A DNA stretch of 64,000 nt, from positions 1,033,379-1,097,378 of the forward strand of contig CBDBLR010000003.1 in the NCBI GenBank assembly GCA_965207115.1, given 5' to 3'. The position numbers and the translations under genes were made by a program. Below are positions 38,128-47,372 of the stretch, piece after piece. This stretch comes from Dehalococcoidia bacterium. Its GTDB lineage: Bacteria > Chloroflexota > Dehalococcoidia > UBA6926. Below the pieces are notes generated by a model. That model did not search any database and was not told the origin of the DNA. It was given only the letters and a program-made list of their open reading frames with translations. Numbering within the stretch: the stretch's first letter is position 1; every line of letters starts with the position of its first letter.

Positions 38128-39165
38128 TTATCGGAGCGGCAGTTCCGGCGGCTCGCCGAAGTGCTGTGTGAGGGGAAAGGCGATGACATCCGTGGCCCCA
38201 ATCGTTCGCAGTGATTCAGTCGCGACGAGTTGTTCTGTCTGCTGATGATTGATGACAAACGACACGGAAAACCACTGTTGCCCGTTTTCGCCGTCGAGGT
38301 TCTCACGTGTGACCACTGGGGCTATCGTGGGTCCCTTCAGTCCTACACTACCCAGAGACGGCAGATCGAAAAGCTTGCGGGCAACTTCTTCGGGGGTATT
38401 TCCGGGCACGTTGGCCATGACCACATAACGCCCCTCTGCATTGAGATTGGCGTGGATGTATTCAAGCAGGAGCCATGCGGACTGCACGGCCTGATCGTCA
38501 TAGACTTCCTTGTTCACGCATGCGATAAGCGCGGCGCTTGAGTTCAGAATCGGCCGGGGTGGATTGCCCACACGAAGGCCGGTCAGCGAGTGCGCCGCCA
38601 AAGTCGAGCCTGTCACAACGACATCTGCTATCAAATCAGAAGCGCCAAGTCTCGGCAGCAGCTCATGCGAGCCCTGGAAGAGACGCACGCCCTTACCGGA
38701 GATTCCATGAGCTTCCATGTAGTTCTGCGTGAGTCCCGGGTACTTTGTGGCCACCCGCAGATCTCGCCCCAGTTGCCGGGCCCATCCCGTCAAATCACCG
38801 ACTGGAACATCACCGGAATCGCCAAACCGACGGCTTGGCGCAGCCAACATCAGCCGACCGTGTCCGAACCCAAGATCAGGGATAAGGCATGACACGTTCT
38901 CCAGGCCAGTCAGGCTTTTCTCTTCAAACCAGTCGCGCCCGGTGATGCCAAGGTGCGCGCCGCCTTCTGCAACAATGGACGGAATATCATCCGGCCTGAG
39001 GAAGACGGCCTCGCACTCAGGAATGTCCCGCACCTCTTCGACAAGGCCGGTCCCGCGGCGGGACACATGGATACCGCACGCGTTGAGCATTGTCATCGTG
39101 TCGTTTGCCAATCGATTGTTACTGGGGAGAGCCAGCCGTAGCACGTTCGTATTGCCTCTATCCAC
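38128..39165 (-). CDS. hisG: ATP phosphoribosyltransferase (long form)
   Basis: VDRGNTNVLRLALPSNNRL...ACGI aligns to the HisG N-terminus MTDNTRLRIAMQKSGRL...CGI. A GTG start at 39165 is inferred; the ORF track extends to 39201. Confidence 0.8.
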   Translation of the reverse strand: MDRGNTNVLRLALPSNNRLANDTMTMLNACGIHVSRRGTGLVEEVRDIPECEAVFLRPDDIPSIVAEGGAHLGITGRDWFEEKSLTGLENVSCLIPDLGFGHGRLMLAAPSRRFGDSGDVPVGDLTGWARQLGRDLRVATKYPGLTQNYMEAHGISGKGVRLFQGSHELLPRLGASDLIADVVVTGSTLAAHSLTGLRVGNPPRPILNSSAALIACVNKEVYDDQAVQSAWLLLEYIHANLNAEGRYVVMANVPGNTPEEVARKLFDLPSLGSVGLKGPTIAPVVTRENLDGENGQQWFSVSFVINHQQTEQLVATESLRTIGATDVIAFPLTQHFGEPPELPLR

Positions 39166-39244
39166 ACGTGCCGCAAGCGTCACATGGCCGCAGCACGTCA
39201 AGTCATCGTGTGTTCGTTCTTGTAGATTCTAGCGTAGGCCAAAC

Positions 39245-39850
39245 TCAGAACAAAGCGTCACCCACAAGTGGAAGGTTCTCGATAAAGTCCACGCCGTAGT
39301 AGCCGGCAATCGCAATAGCGGTCACAAGGATTAGCTTGCCAGCTGCCACGATGAGCAGAAAGCGTCCCAGTGGATAGCGAATCGCGCCGGCCCACACGCC
39401 TGCAAAGTCAAACGGCAGAGGCGTAGCCGCGAAGGCAAAAATCACCCAGCCGCGCCAACGCTCTCCCATTGATTCGAGCCTCTTATACCACCGGCTCTCG
39501 TCAACTATTGTTGAACCGCCCCGCCCCGCCATGTAGGAGGTAATCTCGCCCAGCGCCGCGCCTGCCGCGCCGAAGACGCCTATCAACAGGGGATTGAGTG
39601 TGCCGGAGACGGCGAAAATTATCGCATGACCGGGCACGGGAAACAGGACGACAGTGGCACTGTTGATGAGTTGGAGCAAAAAGATACCGAAGTATCCCCA
39701 ATCGCCAAATCCTTCAACGAAGCTAGCGTACCGAATGAGCAGCACAATGACTGCAATCGAGACAAGGAGGGCTCCGCCAAGTTGGAGCGCTGCAACCAGG
39801 CGGTTCTCTCGCCGCTCAACGCCCGGAGACGCCGACGTGGTGTCCATCAC
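39245..39850 (-). CDS. DedA/VTT-domain (YqaA-like) membrane protein
   Basis: GYFGIFLLQLINSATVVLFPVPGHAIIFA, the SNARE-associated/DedA core. Confidence 0.65.
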   Translation of the reverse strand: MMDTTSASPGVERRENRLVAALQLGGALLVSIAVIVLLIRYASFVEGFGDWGYFGIFLLQLINSATVVLFPVPGHAIIFAVSGTLNPLLIGVFGAAGAALGEITSYMAGRGGSTIVDESRWYKRLESMGERWRGWVIFAFAATPLPFDFAGVWAGAIRYPLGRFLLIVAAGKLILVTAIAIAGYYGVDFIENLPLVGDALF

Positions 39851-40629
39851 CTTAGCGTCACGTCGCCCGCGTGAACGACTCTATGCTGCCGGTCATCGGT
39901 CTGAACGACCAGCGCCCCGCTCGGTTCAACGTCCAGCGCAAGGCCCTCGAACGAGTCATCGCTACCGGATACGTTGACGCGTTTACCCAGGTTAACTAGT
40001 GAAGATCGCCATTGGGCAAACACATCACCGCCTTCCCGTGCGTGCAGGTAGAGGGCGTCCAGCTCCTCCAGCAACGCGCAGAGCAACTCAACTCGGGAGA
40101 CGTCACCGCCCGTCTCCCTGCTAAGGCTCGTTGAGGCGTCAGCGATCTCCGGGATAGAGGCCGTATCCCAATTGACGTTGACTCCTATGCCCGCGACGGC
40201 GAACTGATCTTCCTCGGATTCTCCCCGCACGACCTCGACGAGGATGCCGCAGACCTTGCGTCCGCCAATGAGGATATCGTTGGGCCACTTGATTTCCGGA
40301 TTGAGCTGCGGGCAAACGCGGCTGATGGCCCGCGGAATGGCAAGGGCGCAGATCATGGACAGGGTCGGCAGCAGTTCTGCATTCGGTCTCAACAGGATTG
40401 AGACGAGCAGAGACGCGCCCGGAGGAGACATCCACGATCGGCGAAAACGTCCTCTCCCCCGCGTCTGTTCGTCCGCCGTGATTGTTAGTCCCTCGGCAGC
40501 ACCCTCCCGCCCTGCCGTCGACACGTCATCCTGCGTGGAATGCGTGACTGACAAGTGCCTATACTCCGTGCCGATTATGCGCGTAGTGAGGCGCTGCCTC
40601 ACTTCAGTTTCATTTAGAGCGTCGGCCAT
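39847..40629 (-). CDS. birA: biotin--[acetyl-CoA-carboxylase] ligase
   Basis: BPL catalytic core QTRGRGRFRRSWMSPPG...KWPNDILIGGRKVCGILVE. Start taken at MADALNETE. Confidence 0.8.
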   Translation of the reverse strand: MADALNETEVRQRLTTRIIGTEYRHLSVTHSTQDDVSTAGREGAAEGLTITADEQTRGRGRFRRSWMSPPGASLLVSILLRPNAELLPTLSMICALAIPRAISRVCPQLNPEIKWPNDILIGGRKVCGILVEVVRGESEEDQFAVAGIGVNVNWDTASIPEIADASTSLSRETGGDVSRVELLCALLEELDALYLHAREGGDVFAQWRSSLVNLGKRVNVSGSDDSFEGLALDVEPSGALVVQTDDRQHRVVHAGDVTLR

Positions 40630-40727
40630 AAGACGGGAATACCCCCAAGACTGTAGACGGCGGCTTGCGTTCGCCCACCCTATAATGATGCATATCACGG
40701 GTTATTGGTGAGGGGGAGTGGGATTTC

Positions 40728-41675
40728 ATGGAATATCGTCGACTGGGTAATTCGGGCCTGCAGGTTTCAGTTGTTGGACTCGGGACGAACAATTTCGGCA
40801 GGCGCCTCGAATATGAACGGAGCGAGATCGTCATCAAGGCGTCGCTCGATAACGGGATTAACTTCATCGACACGGCCAACATTTACAGCATGGGCGAGTC
40901 CGAGGAGCACATCGGCAGGGCGCTGGTAGGGAACCGCGATGCGGCGGTGATTGCCACCAAGGGCAGCGGGCAGATGCGTCAGGGCCCACACGGCAGCGGC
41001 AATTCCCGCAAGCACATCACGAGCGAGGTGGAGGCAAGCCTCAAGCGGCTTCAGACCGACTACATCGATCTCTACCAGATTCACTTCCCGGACAATGACA
41101 CGCCCATCGAAGAGACCTTGCGCGCCCTGGATGACCTGATCCGCGCCGGGAAGATCCTCTATATCGGCAGTTCCAATTTCGCCGTGTGGCAGGAGGCGGA
41201 GGCCGCGTGGACGAGCAGGCATCTGGGCCTCAACAGCTTCGTCAGCACACAGCCGGAGTACAGCCTCATCAACCGCGATGTGGAGAGGGAGTTGATCCCG
41301 TTCGCCATGAAGTACAACATCGGGATCATCCCCTATTTTCCGCTTGCGGGCGGTGTGCTAACCGGCAAGTACACGGAGGGCCAGGAGCCACCGGAGGGCA
41401 CGCGCATGTCCACCACTCCCTCAAATTTCCGTGGCCGATTCATGAACGAGCGCACGTTTGCCATCGCGGACGTGGCAACGAAGTTTGCGGAGGAGCGTGG
41501 GCATACGACGGTTGAACTCGCCATCGCATGGCTACTAGCACAACCGCAAGTGTCGAGCGTCATCGCGGGCGCGACACGGCCCGAGCAGGTGGAGGCAAAC
41601 GCCAAGGCCGCCGACTGGACACTAACGGCGGATGAGGTGACGGAACTGAACGAGAAGCTGGCGGCGCTCGGCTAG
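40728..41675 (+). CDS. aldo/keto reductase
   Basis: MEYRRLGNSGLQVSVVGLGTNNFG...IDTANIY...IGSSNF, AKR family. Confidence 0.85.
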   Translation: MEYRRLGNSGLQVSVVGLGTNNFGRRLEYERSEIVIKASLDNGINFIDTANIYSMGESEEHIGRALVGNRDAAVIATKGSGQMRQGPHGSGNSRKHITSEVEASLKRLQTDYIDLYQIHFPDNDTPIEETLRALDDLIRAGKILYIGSSNFAVWQEAEAAWTSRHLGLNSFVSTQPEYSLINRDVERELIPFAMKYNIGIIPYFPLAGGVLTGKYTEGQEPPEGTRMSTTPSNFRGRFMNERTFAIADVATKFAEERGHTTVELAIAWLLAQPQVSSVIAGATRPEQVEANAKAADWTLTADEVTELNEKLAALG

Positions 41676-41685
41676 CTGAGGAGTC

Positions 41686-42168
41686 CTACGCCTCTTCAGT
41701 GACCGGCTCGCGGGCAGTCACGCGTATGACGTAGTTCTGCGGGTCGTCTTGCGTGGGGAAGTGGCGTCCTTGCGCGAACATCTCTGTCAGGCGCTGGAAG
41801 AGCAGCGGACCCACTTGGGATACAGCGTCTTCCAGATCGGCTGAAACGGTGGACACGTCCGGAAAGGCGACGAGTGTGGCGCGGTATTCTTCCTCATCCG
41901 TGCGCTGGATCATGACGACATAGGGCGAGGTGTCACCGCGTCGCGGATTCCGTACCCAGACAGTCCGCACAGGCGGCCATTCCTCGCGGGGGGCCTCACC
42001 GCCCTCTGCGGCAATTTGCCCGAGCGCAAGACCGGCGTTATCGGCCACATCATCAAGCGCCGCGGCGCGTGTGGGACCTTGCCCTGTCACACCCGTCATT
42101 GCGGGAATCAGTCCGCGATACGACCCGTCTTCATTGGGCAGCAAAACCGCCGTGTACGATGGCGCCAT
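41686..42168 (-). CDS. tandem HicB-like (UPF0150/DUF1902 fold) domain protein, orphan
   Basis: Two consecutive ~70-aa repeats of the Y-x-A/V-x-h-x-x-x-D/E-x-Y-x-A-x-h-P-x-h-x-G pattern (YTAVLLPNEDGSYRGLIPAMTGVTGQG... and YVVMIQRTDEEEYRATLVAFPDV...). No HicA-like neighbour. Confidence 0.45.
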   Translation of the reverse strand: MAPSYTAVLLPNEDGSYRGLIPAMTGVTGQGPTRAAALDDVADNAGLALGQIAAEGGEAPREEWPPVRTVWVRNPRRGDTSPYVVMIQRTDEEEYRATLVAFPDVSTVSADLEDAVSQVGPLLFQRLTEMFAQGRHFPTQDDPQNYVIRVTAREPVTEEA

Positions 42169-42181
42169 TTTCTCTCCGCTC

Positions 42182-43633
42182 CTACGCCCCTGCGAATATC
42201 GATGCGGCGGCGGACTCGGCCGCCTCTGCTAAGGGCCTCACATACAGACCGCCCGCCACAATCGCCAGGAGCAAACCAAGTATCAGCAGCCACATTGTCC
42301 GCGAAACGCGAATCGGCTCCGCGCCGTCCTCGGGCTCTTCAATGTACATCTGCCTCACGATGTTCAGATAGTAGTACAGGGAAATCAGGCTGGCGAATAT
42401 GGCGATGCCGACCGGCACGAGGAATCGCGACCCCGCCGTGGCAATCACCGTGAAGAGATAAAACTTGGACGCGAACCCAACGAAGAACGGGAACCCAGCA
42501 AGGCTGAAGAGCGCGCCCGTTAACGCCAGCGCGAGGAACGGGTTGCGGCGCGCCATGCCGGCCAAATCCCGCACACCTTCCTTACCGGTCTGATGCCAGA
42601 CGGCGAGCAGCACCATGAATGCGACCATCGTCGAGGCCGCATAGCTCACACTGTGGATGAGCATTCCGGCGATTGGTTTCGTGGGATCATCAGCACCCAG
42701 CGCGGCTATTCCGAGGAGGAGATATCCGACCTGCCCGATGCTCGAATATGCCATCAGGCGCTTGAGGTTCGATTGTAGGATGGCGACGAGATTGCCGAGC
42801 ATCATGCTCAACACCGCCAACAGGATGAACACCCAGTCCCAGAAGAGCGCTACGGGTTCAAGGGCGACGGCAACCAGACGGATCAAGAGCGCGAAACCGG
42901 CCGCCTTGGACGCCGCTGCAAGATAGGCCGTGATGGGGATTGGCGCGCCCTCATACACGTCCGGCGTCCACATATGGAACGGGACGGCTGCGACCTTGAA
43001 CCCCAGCCCCGCCGTCAGCATTGCCAACGCGATGATCAGGCCGGGGCTCGGCGAGAGGGCACTGAGGCCGCTTGCCACCTGGTCGTACCGAGTGTCACCC
43101 GTCAGGCCGTAGATGTACGTGATGCCCAACAAGAGGAACGCGGAGGCGATTGCACCAAGCAGGATGTATTTCATCCCCGCCTCATTGGTTCTCCGCTCTC
43201 TCCAGGTATACGACGCGAGGATGTACAGCGAGAAACTCAGCAACTCCAGGGAGATGTAGGCGGTGATGAGCTCACCCGCCGCCGCCATACCCATCGCACC
43301 AACGGTGGCCATCATCAGGAGGGCCACGAATTCACCGGGGCTGTCGATGGACCGCACGAATTGTGCGGAGCCGAGTATGGTCACTGCCGCGAGGATGATG
43401 AATAAGGCGAAGAAGAACGCAGAGTAGGTGTCAAAGATGAGGATGCCGCCTGCGAAGCGGCTTGATTCGCCGTCATTGGTGAGGACTATGAATACGCTGA
43501 CAGCGGCCATGACGGCCGCACCGCCATAAACCAGGACCGTTCGCGAGAGTCGGGGCACAATCAGGTCGAGCGTAAACGCTCCAAAAGCGAGGCCTGTAAC
43601 CAGATAGCCCGGTAACAGGAGTGCCCAGTTCAT
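42182..43633 (-). CDS. nuoN: NADH-quinone oxidoreductase subunit N
   Basis: 483-aa polytopic antiporter-like subunit at the end of the nuo operon. Confidence 0.85.
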   Translation of the reverse strand: MNWALLLPGYLVTGLAFGAFTLDLIVPRLSRTVLVYGGAAVMAAVSVFIVLTNDGESSRFAGGILIFDTYSAFFFALFIILAAVTILGSAQFVRSIDSPGEFVALLMMATVGAMGMAAAGELITAYISLELLSFSLYILASYTWRERRTNEAGMKYILLGAIASAFLLLGITYIYGLTGDTRYDQVASGLSALSPSPGLIIALAMLTAGLGFKVAAVPFHMWTPDVYEGAPIPITAYLAAASKAAGFALLIRLVAVALEPVALFWDWVFILLAVLSMMLGNLVAILQSNLKRLMAYSSIGQVGYLLLGIAALGADDPTKPIAGMLIHSVSYAASTMVAFMVLLAVWHQTGKEGVRDLAGMARRNPFLALALTGALFSLAGFPFFVGFASKFYLFTVIATAGSRFLVPVGIAIFASLISLYYYLNIVRQMYIEEPEDGAEPIRVSRTMWLLILGLLLAIVAGGLYVRPLAEAAESAAASIFAGA

Positions 43634-43646
43634 CGCGGCCCGGCCC

Positions 43647-45581
43647 TTACACCGTCTCGGCCAGCGCGGCCACTGCCACGATGATTACGGCCGCAATTGT
43701 GAATATTAGAGCGTAATTGAAGACGTAGCCGGTCTGGATTCCACGCAGAAGATGGCCGGCGTCCACGGTGCGCGCCGCCGGTCCGTCCACGCCCGCATCA
43801 TTGACTACCCGCCGATCAACCTCACGGATGAAACCAGCAAAGGTCAGCACAATGCGGTCGATAATCCACTGCGCTGCAGTGTCGATGTAGAACCGGTTCT
43901 GGATGAGCTTTAGCGGTCCCGCGACCGACTCAAGCACGGAGCCGTCAACTCGCTCCTTATTATTCCAATAATTCAGCCCGACACCTATTCCTGCGACGGC
44001 GGTCAGGGTGGATGCCAACGCCAGCAGCATGTCGAAGTGGAACTCGCGGTGGCCGTCCGTGAGGAACTCGATGAAGTCCCAACCGAAGGCGAGCACCACA
44101 CCGAGGAAAACCGCCAGGATCCCCAATGACACAAGGGGGATAGACATAAGCGGTGGCGGATCATGGAGCCCGGCGGCGTGGTTTCCTTCTCCATCGTGGT
44201 CGCTAGCGGCTTGTGCCGGCTCTCCCTGAGAGACAACCAGCGCGAGTCTAGTCATATAGAGGGCGCTGAGGAATGAGGCAATGATTGCTCCAAAGAAGAG
44301 TAGGTAACCGGGCAGGCTTTCGATCTCAAGGGCCGGAGCAAGAATGCCCTCCTTGGAGATAAAGCCGCTCAATGGCGGAATCCCCGCCAGCGACAGGCTG
44401 CCAACGATGAGGGCGGCGGCTGTGAGTGGCGCAGCAATCCGTAGGCCGCGAACCTGGTAGATGGACGCGGAGGAGGCATGGATGGCATGGAGCGCCACCC
44501 CCGCCGTCAGGAACAACAAAGCCTTGAAATAACCGTGCGTGAGCAGGTGGAACATGCCGCCACTTGGGTCGCGGTGAGCGGGGTCACTTGCCAACCCGGC
44601 CGCGCCCAGTGCAAGCATCATGAGGCCGAGCTGGCTCACTGTTGAGTACGCGAGGATGCGCTTGAAATCAATCTCGCCAAGGGCCAATAGCCCGGCGAGA
44701 ACAGCGGTCACCAGTCCAATCGCGGCCACGAACCATAGAACGCCGGGCGCCTCGACGAACAGGTCAAACATGCGTGCAACGAGGAATACCCCCGCCGCTA
44801 CCATCGTCGCTGCGTGGATAAGCGCGCTGACCGGCGTGGGGCCCTCCATGGCATCCGGCAGCCAGATATGGAAGGGAAATTGGGCGCTCTTGCCCATCGC
44901 TCCAAGGAACAACAGGAACGCCACCAGCGCCGCCTCTCCACCGCTCAGTGCCGCGATAACCTCCCGGATGTCGAACGTGCCGGTGTTGAGATAGGCAATG
45001 ATGATGCCGATCAACAGGCCGACATCACCGAATCGGGTTGTGATGAAAGCCTTTTTCGCCGCCTCAGCCGCCGAGCGCCGCTCCCAATAGAAGCCAATGA
45101 GCAGGAACGAGCACATTCCCACCAGTTCCCATGAGATGTAGAGCAGCAACAGGCTGCCGGTCAGGACAAGGGCAAGCATGGACGCGGCGAACAGCGAGTG
45201 CGCGGCGAAATACCACCCCAACCGCTCGTCACCTTTCATGTACTCCAGTGAGTAGACCTGTACAGCGAGCGAGACTGACGTGACGAGGATGATCATCATC
45301 ACCGATAGACTGTCGACGATGTAGCTCAGCCCGAACTCGGAGCCTCCGGCGGACAGCCAGACGACGGTCCCGACGTACTCTCCGTTGGCAAGATAGTCGC
45401 CCAGCACCCCAAGCGATCCGATGAATGCGATACCAATGGCAGCGACGCTGACCCATGACGCGGCTTGCGGCAGGATTTGGAGCCGGCCAATGGCAAGAAT
45501 CACGAATGCGGCAAACGGCAGCGCGGCGATAAGCCACGCCTGCTCAGCGCCGATCGGGATTGCGTCCAGCAGGGCCGTCAT
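43647..45581 (-). CDS. nuoL: NADH-quinone oxidoreductase subunit L
   Basis: 644 aa with a long C-terminal amphipathic helix region. Operon position between nuoK and nuoN. Confidence 0.85.
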   Translation of the reverse strand: MTALLDAIPIGAEQAWLIAALPFAAFVILAIGRLQILPQAASWVSVAAIGIAFIGSLGVLGDYLANGEYVGTVVWLSAGGSEFGLSYIVDSLSVMMIILVTSVSLAVQVYSLEYMKGDERLGWYFAAHSLFAASMLALVLTGSLLLLYISWELVGMCSFLLIGFYWERRSAAEAAKKAFITTRFGDVGLLIGIIIAYLNTGTFDIREVIAALSGGEAALVAFLLFLGAMGKSAQFPFHIWLPDAMEGPTPVSALIHAATMVAAGVFLVARMFDLFVEAPGVLWFVAAIGLVTAVLAGLLALGEIDFKRILAYSTVSQLGLMMLALGAAGLASDPAHRDPSGGMFHLLTHGYFKALLFLTAGVALHAIHASSASIYQVRGLRIAAPLTAAALIVGSLSLAGIPPLSGFISKEGILAPALEIESLPGYLLFFGAIIASFLSALYMTRLALVVSQGEPAQAASDHDGEGNHAAGLHDPPPLMSIPLVSLGILAVFLGVVLAFGWDFIEFLTDGHREFHFDMLLALASTLTAVAGIGVGLNYWNNKERVDGSVLESVAGPLKLIQNRFYIDTAAQWIIDRIVLTFAGFIREVDRRVVNDAGVDGPAARTVDAGHLLRGIQTGYVFNYALIFTIAAVIIVAVAALAETV

Positions 45582-45593
45582 TTTCTTGGCCCC

Positions 45594-45902
45594 CTACTGC
45601 TGCAAGGTGGAGATGCGGTCCAGGTTGACCGTCTCCCAGTTTCTGAACATGCGTAGAACGATGGCGAGGGCAAGACCAACCTCCGCCGCCGCAATAGTGA
45701 TCACAAAGATGATCAGCACGTGGGCGATGGCCTCTGTTCCAACCACGTAGCGGGCAAAAGCGATGAGATGGACGTTGACGGCGTTCAACATCAATTCGAT
45801 GGACATGAGGACAAGGACGGCATTGCGCCGGGCCAGCACTCCGTACAACCCCAGGCAGAACAGCGCCGCGCCCAGGATCAGCATGAACTCGAGGACGGTC
45901 AT
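45594..45902 (-). CDS. nuoK: NADH-quinone oxidoreductase subunit K
   Basis: 102 aa with 3 TM helices, MTVLEFMLILGAALFCLGLYGVL.... Confidence 0.85.
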   Translation of the reverse strand: MTVLEFMLILGAALFCLGLYGVLARRNAVLVLMSIELMLNAVNVHLIAFARYVVGTEAIAHVLIIFVITIAAAEVGLALAIVLRMFRNWETVNLDRISTLQQ

Positions 45903-46399
45903 GCGCCCTCTCTCCCGCTCCGCGTCAGCACAACCGCGCCCACCAACGCCACCAATAGCACCAACGATGCGATCTCGAATGGAATCAGGAAATCGCTAAA
46001 CAGGAGTTCACTCAGGGCCGTGAATTCGGCCATCGGGTCGGTGCCCGGTTCACGGGTGCGCCACGGCGTTGCCAGCGCAGCCGCCACGAGCAGCGCGAAC
46101 AGACCGACGCAGGCCATCGCCGCGAGCGGGCGCTGCGCGTTGTCTTCCACATTAGTCTGTTCCGGCGCGCGAGTGAGCATGATGGCAAACAGGAGAACGA
46201 TCGTGATTGCGCCACCATAGATGAGCACTTGGGCAAGCGCGATGAATTCCGCCAGCATCATCAGGAACAGGGCCGCCACGCCGACCAGGGAGATCAGGAG
46301 GAACACCGCCGCGTAGACGACGCTGCGTGTTGCGACCACGCCGACGGCGGCTGCGACGGTGATTATTCCGATTGCTCCAAGAATCGCGGTCTCGATCAT
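45899..46399 (-). CDS. nuoJ: NADH-quinone oxidoreductase subunit J
   Basis: 166 aa, 5 TM helices. Operon position. Confidence 0.8.
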   Translation of the reverse strand: MIETAILGAIGIITVAAAVGVVATRSVVYAAVFLLISLVGVAALFLMMLAEFIALAQVLIYGGAITIVLLFAIMLTRAPEQTNVEDNAQRPLAAMACVGLFALLVAAALATPWRTREPGTDPMAEFTALSELLFSDFLIPFEIASLVLLVALVGAVVLTRSGREGA

Positions 46400-47370
46400 T
46401 CGGCGACAGTCCCGGGCTTGGAGTTGTCCGATTCGGATTCGTTGTCAGAGGATTCTGCGTTGGCAGCTTCCTGCGCCGCGCGCTCGGCAGCTCGTTGGGC
46501 GCGAAGTTCGGCGGCCTTGCGTCGAGATTCGGCTACGCGAGGATCAACGGCGGGAGCGTCAGCTGATGCCTGTTCAGGCGCAGGAGTCTCCGTTTGTTCA
46601 GGGGTGGCCGTTGTTGGCACCGCGGGTGGAGCCTCACCGCGCTCAGCGGCGCGTTGGGCGCGCAGTTCAGCAGCCTTGGCTCGCGCAGCGGCTACGCGGG
46701 GGTCAACGGCAGGAGTGTCACTCGATGCCTGTTCTGGCGCAGTTGCCGTAGCCTCAGCAGGCGGTGCCTCACCGCGCTCTGCGGCGCGCTGGGCGCGCAG
46801 TTCGGCGGCCTTTGCTCGCGCAGCGGCCACACGATCTTCACCGGATGCGTCCGCTCCCGCAGCCGGGGTTCCACCACTCTGCGCGGCTGAGCGGCGCGCC
46901 GACTTCTTGGCCTCAGGCGGAGACCATCGGCCCTTGGCCTCTTGCTCCTTGCCTGCTTCAAGTAGTTGGTCCAGGTCATACATGAGATTTGGGCGTGCGT
47001 ATTGGCTGGCGTCGAAGTTGTCCGACATGATAATTGCGTCGAAGTTGCAGTATTCAACACAAAGGCCGCACATGATGCAGTCGGCCACGTTCAAATCAAA
47101 ATACTCAACGATCTTGCGGCGAGTGCTGTCACCCTCAGCGTGCTTGGGGTTGTCCATCATTGCGACATCGATACAGTCCGTGGGGCAAATCCGCATACAG
47201 ACGAGGCAGCCCGTGCAGTACGGCTCCGGCACATCTTTGTCCCAGGTGAGCACGGGGTGCGCCATGAATCGGGGCGCGAGCGCGGGGGCGATGGACGGAT
47301 ATTCCGCCGTAACGGGCGGCTTTAGTGCCAGCTTCATTGTTGTTAGCAGACTCTTGAAGGTTCCCAACAT
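46396..47370 (-). CDS. nuoI: NADH-quinone oxidoreductase subunit I (2x[4Fe-4S]) with repetitive C-terminal extension
   Basis: Core MLGTFKSLL...CTGCLVCMRICPTDCI...CIMCGLCVEYCNFDAI. Followed by a ~170-aa tail containing three copies of DPRVAAARAKAAELRAQRAAERGEAPPA.... Start at 47370 is 3 nt after the nuoH stop; the ORF-track upstream extension overlaps nuoH and is rejected. Confidence 0.8.
   Translation of the reverse strand: MLGTFKSLLTTMKLALKPPVTAEYPSIAPALAPRFMAHPVLTWDKDVPEPYCTGCLVCMRICPTDCIDVAMMDNPKHAEGDSTRRKIVEYFDLNVADCIMCGLCVEYCNFDAIIMSDNFDASQYARPNLMYDLDQLLEAGKEQEAKGRWSPPEAKKSARRSAAQSGGTPAAGADASGEDRVAAARAKAAELRAQRAAERGEAPPAEATATAPEQASSDTPAVDPRVAAARAKAAELRAQRAAERGEAPPAVPTTATPEQTETPAPEQASADAPAVDPRVAESRRKAAELRAQRAAERAAQEAANAESSDNESESDNSKPGTVAE
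46480..46840. repeat. three tandem ~135-160-bp coding repeats within the nuoI 3' region
   Basis: DNA shows reiterated gcgcgcagttcggcggcc...gcgcagcggc...gtcaacggc blocks. The protein shows three copies of D/EPRVAAARAKAAELRAQRAAERGEAPPA. Confidence 0.7.
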
Positions 47371-47372
47371 GA

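Noticed and set aside
46480-46840. Tandem ~140-bp repeats as a possible CRISPR or minisatellite
   Set aside because: The repeats are long, imperfect and in-frame within nuoI, so they are protein-coding tandem repeats. No short direct repeats with unique spacers occur anywhere in the window.
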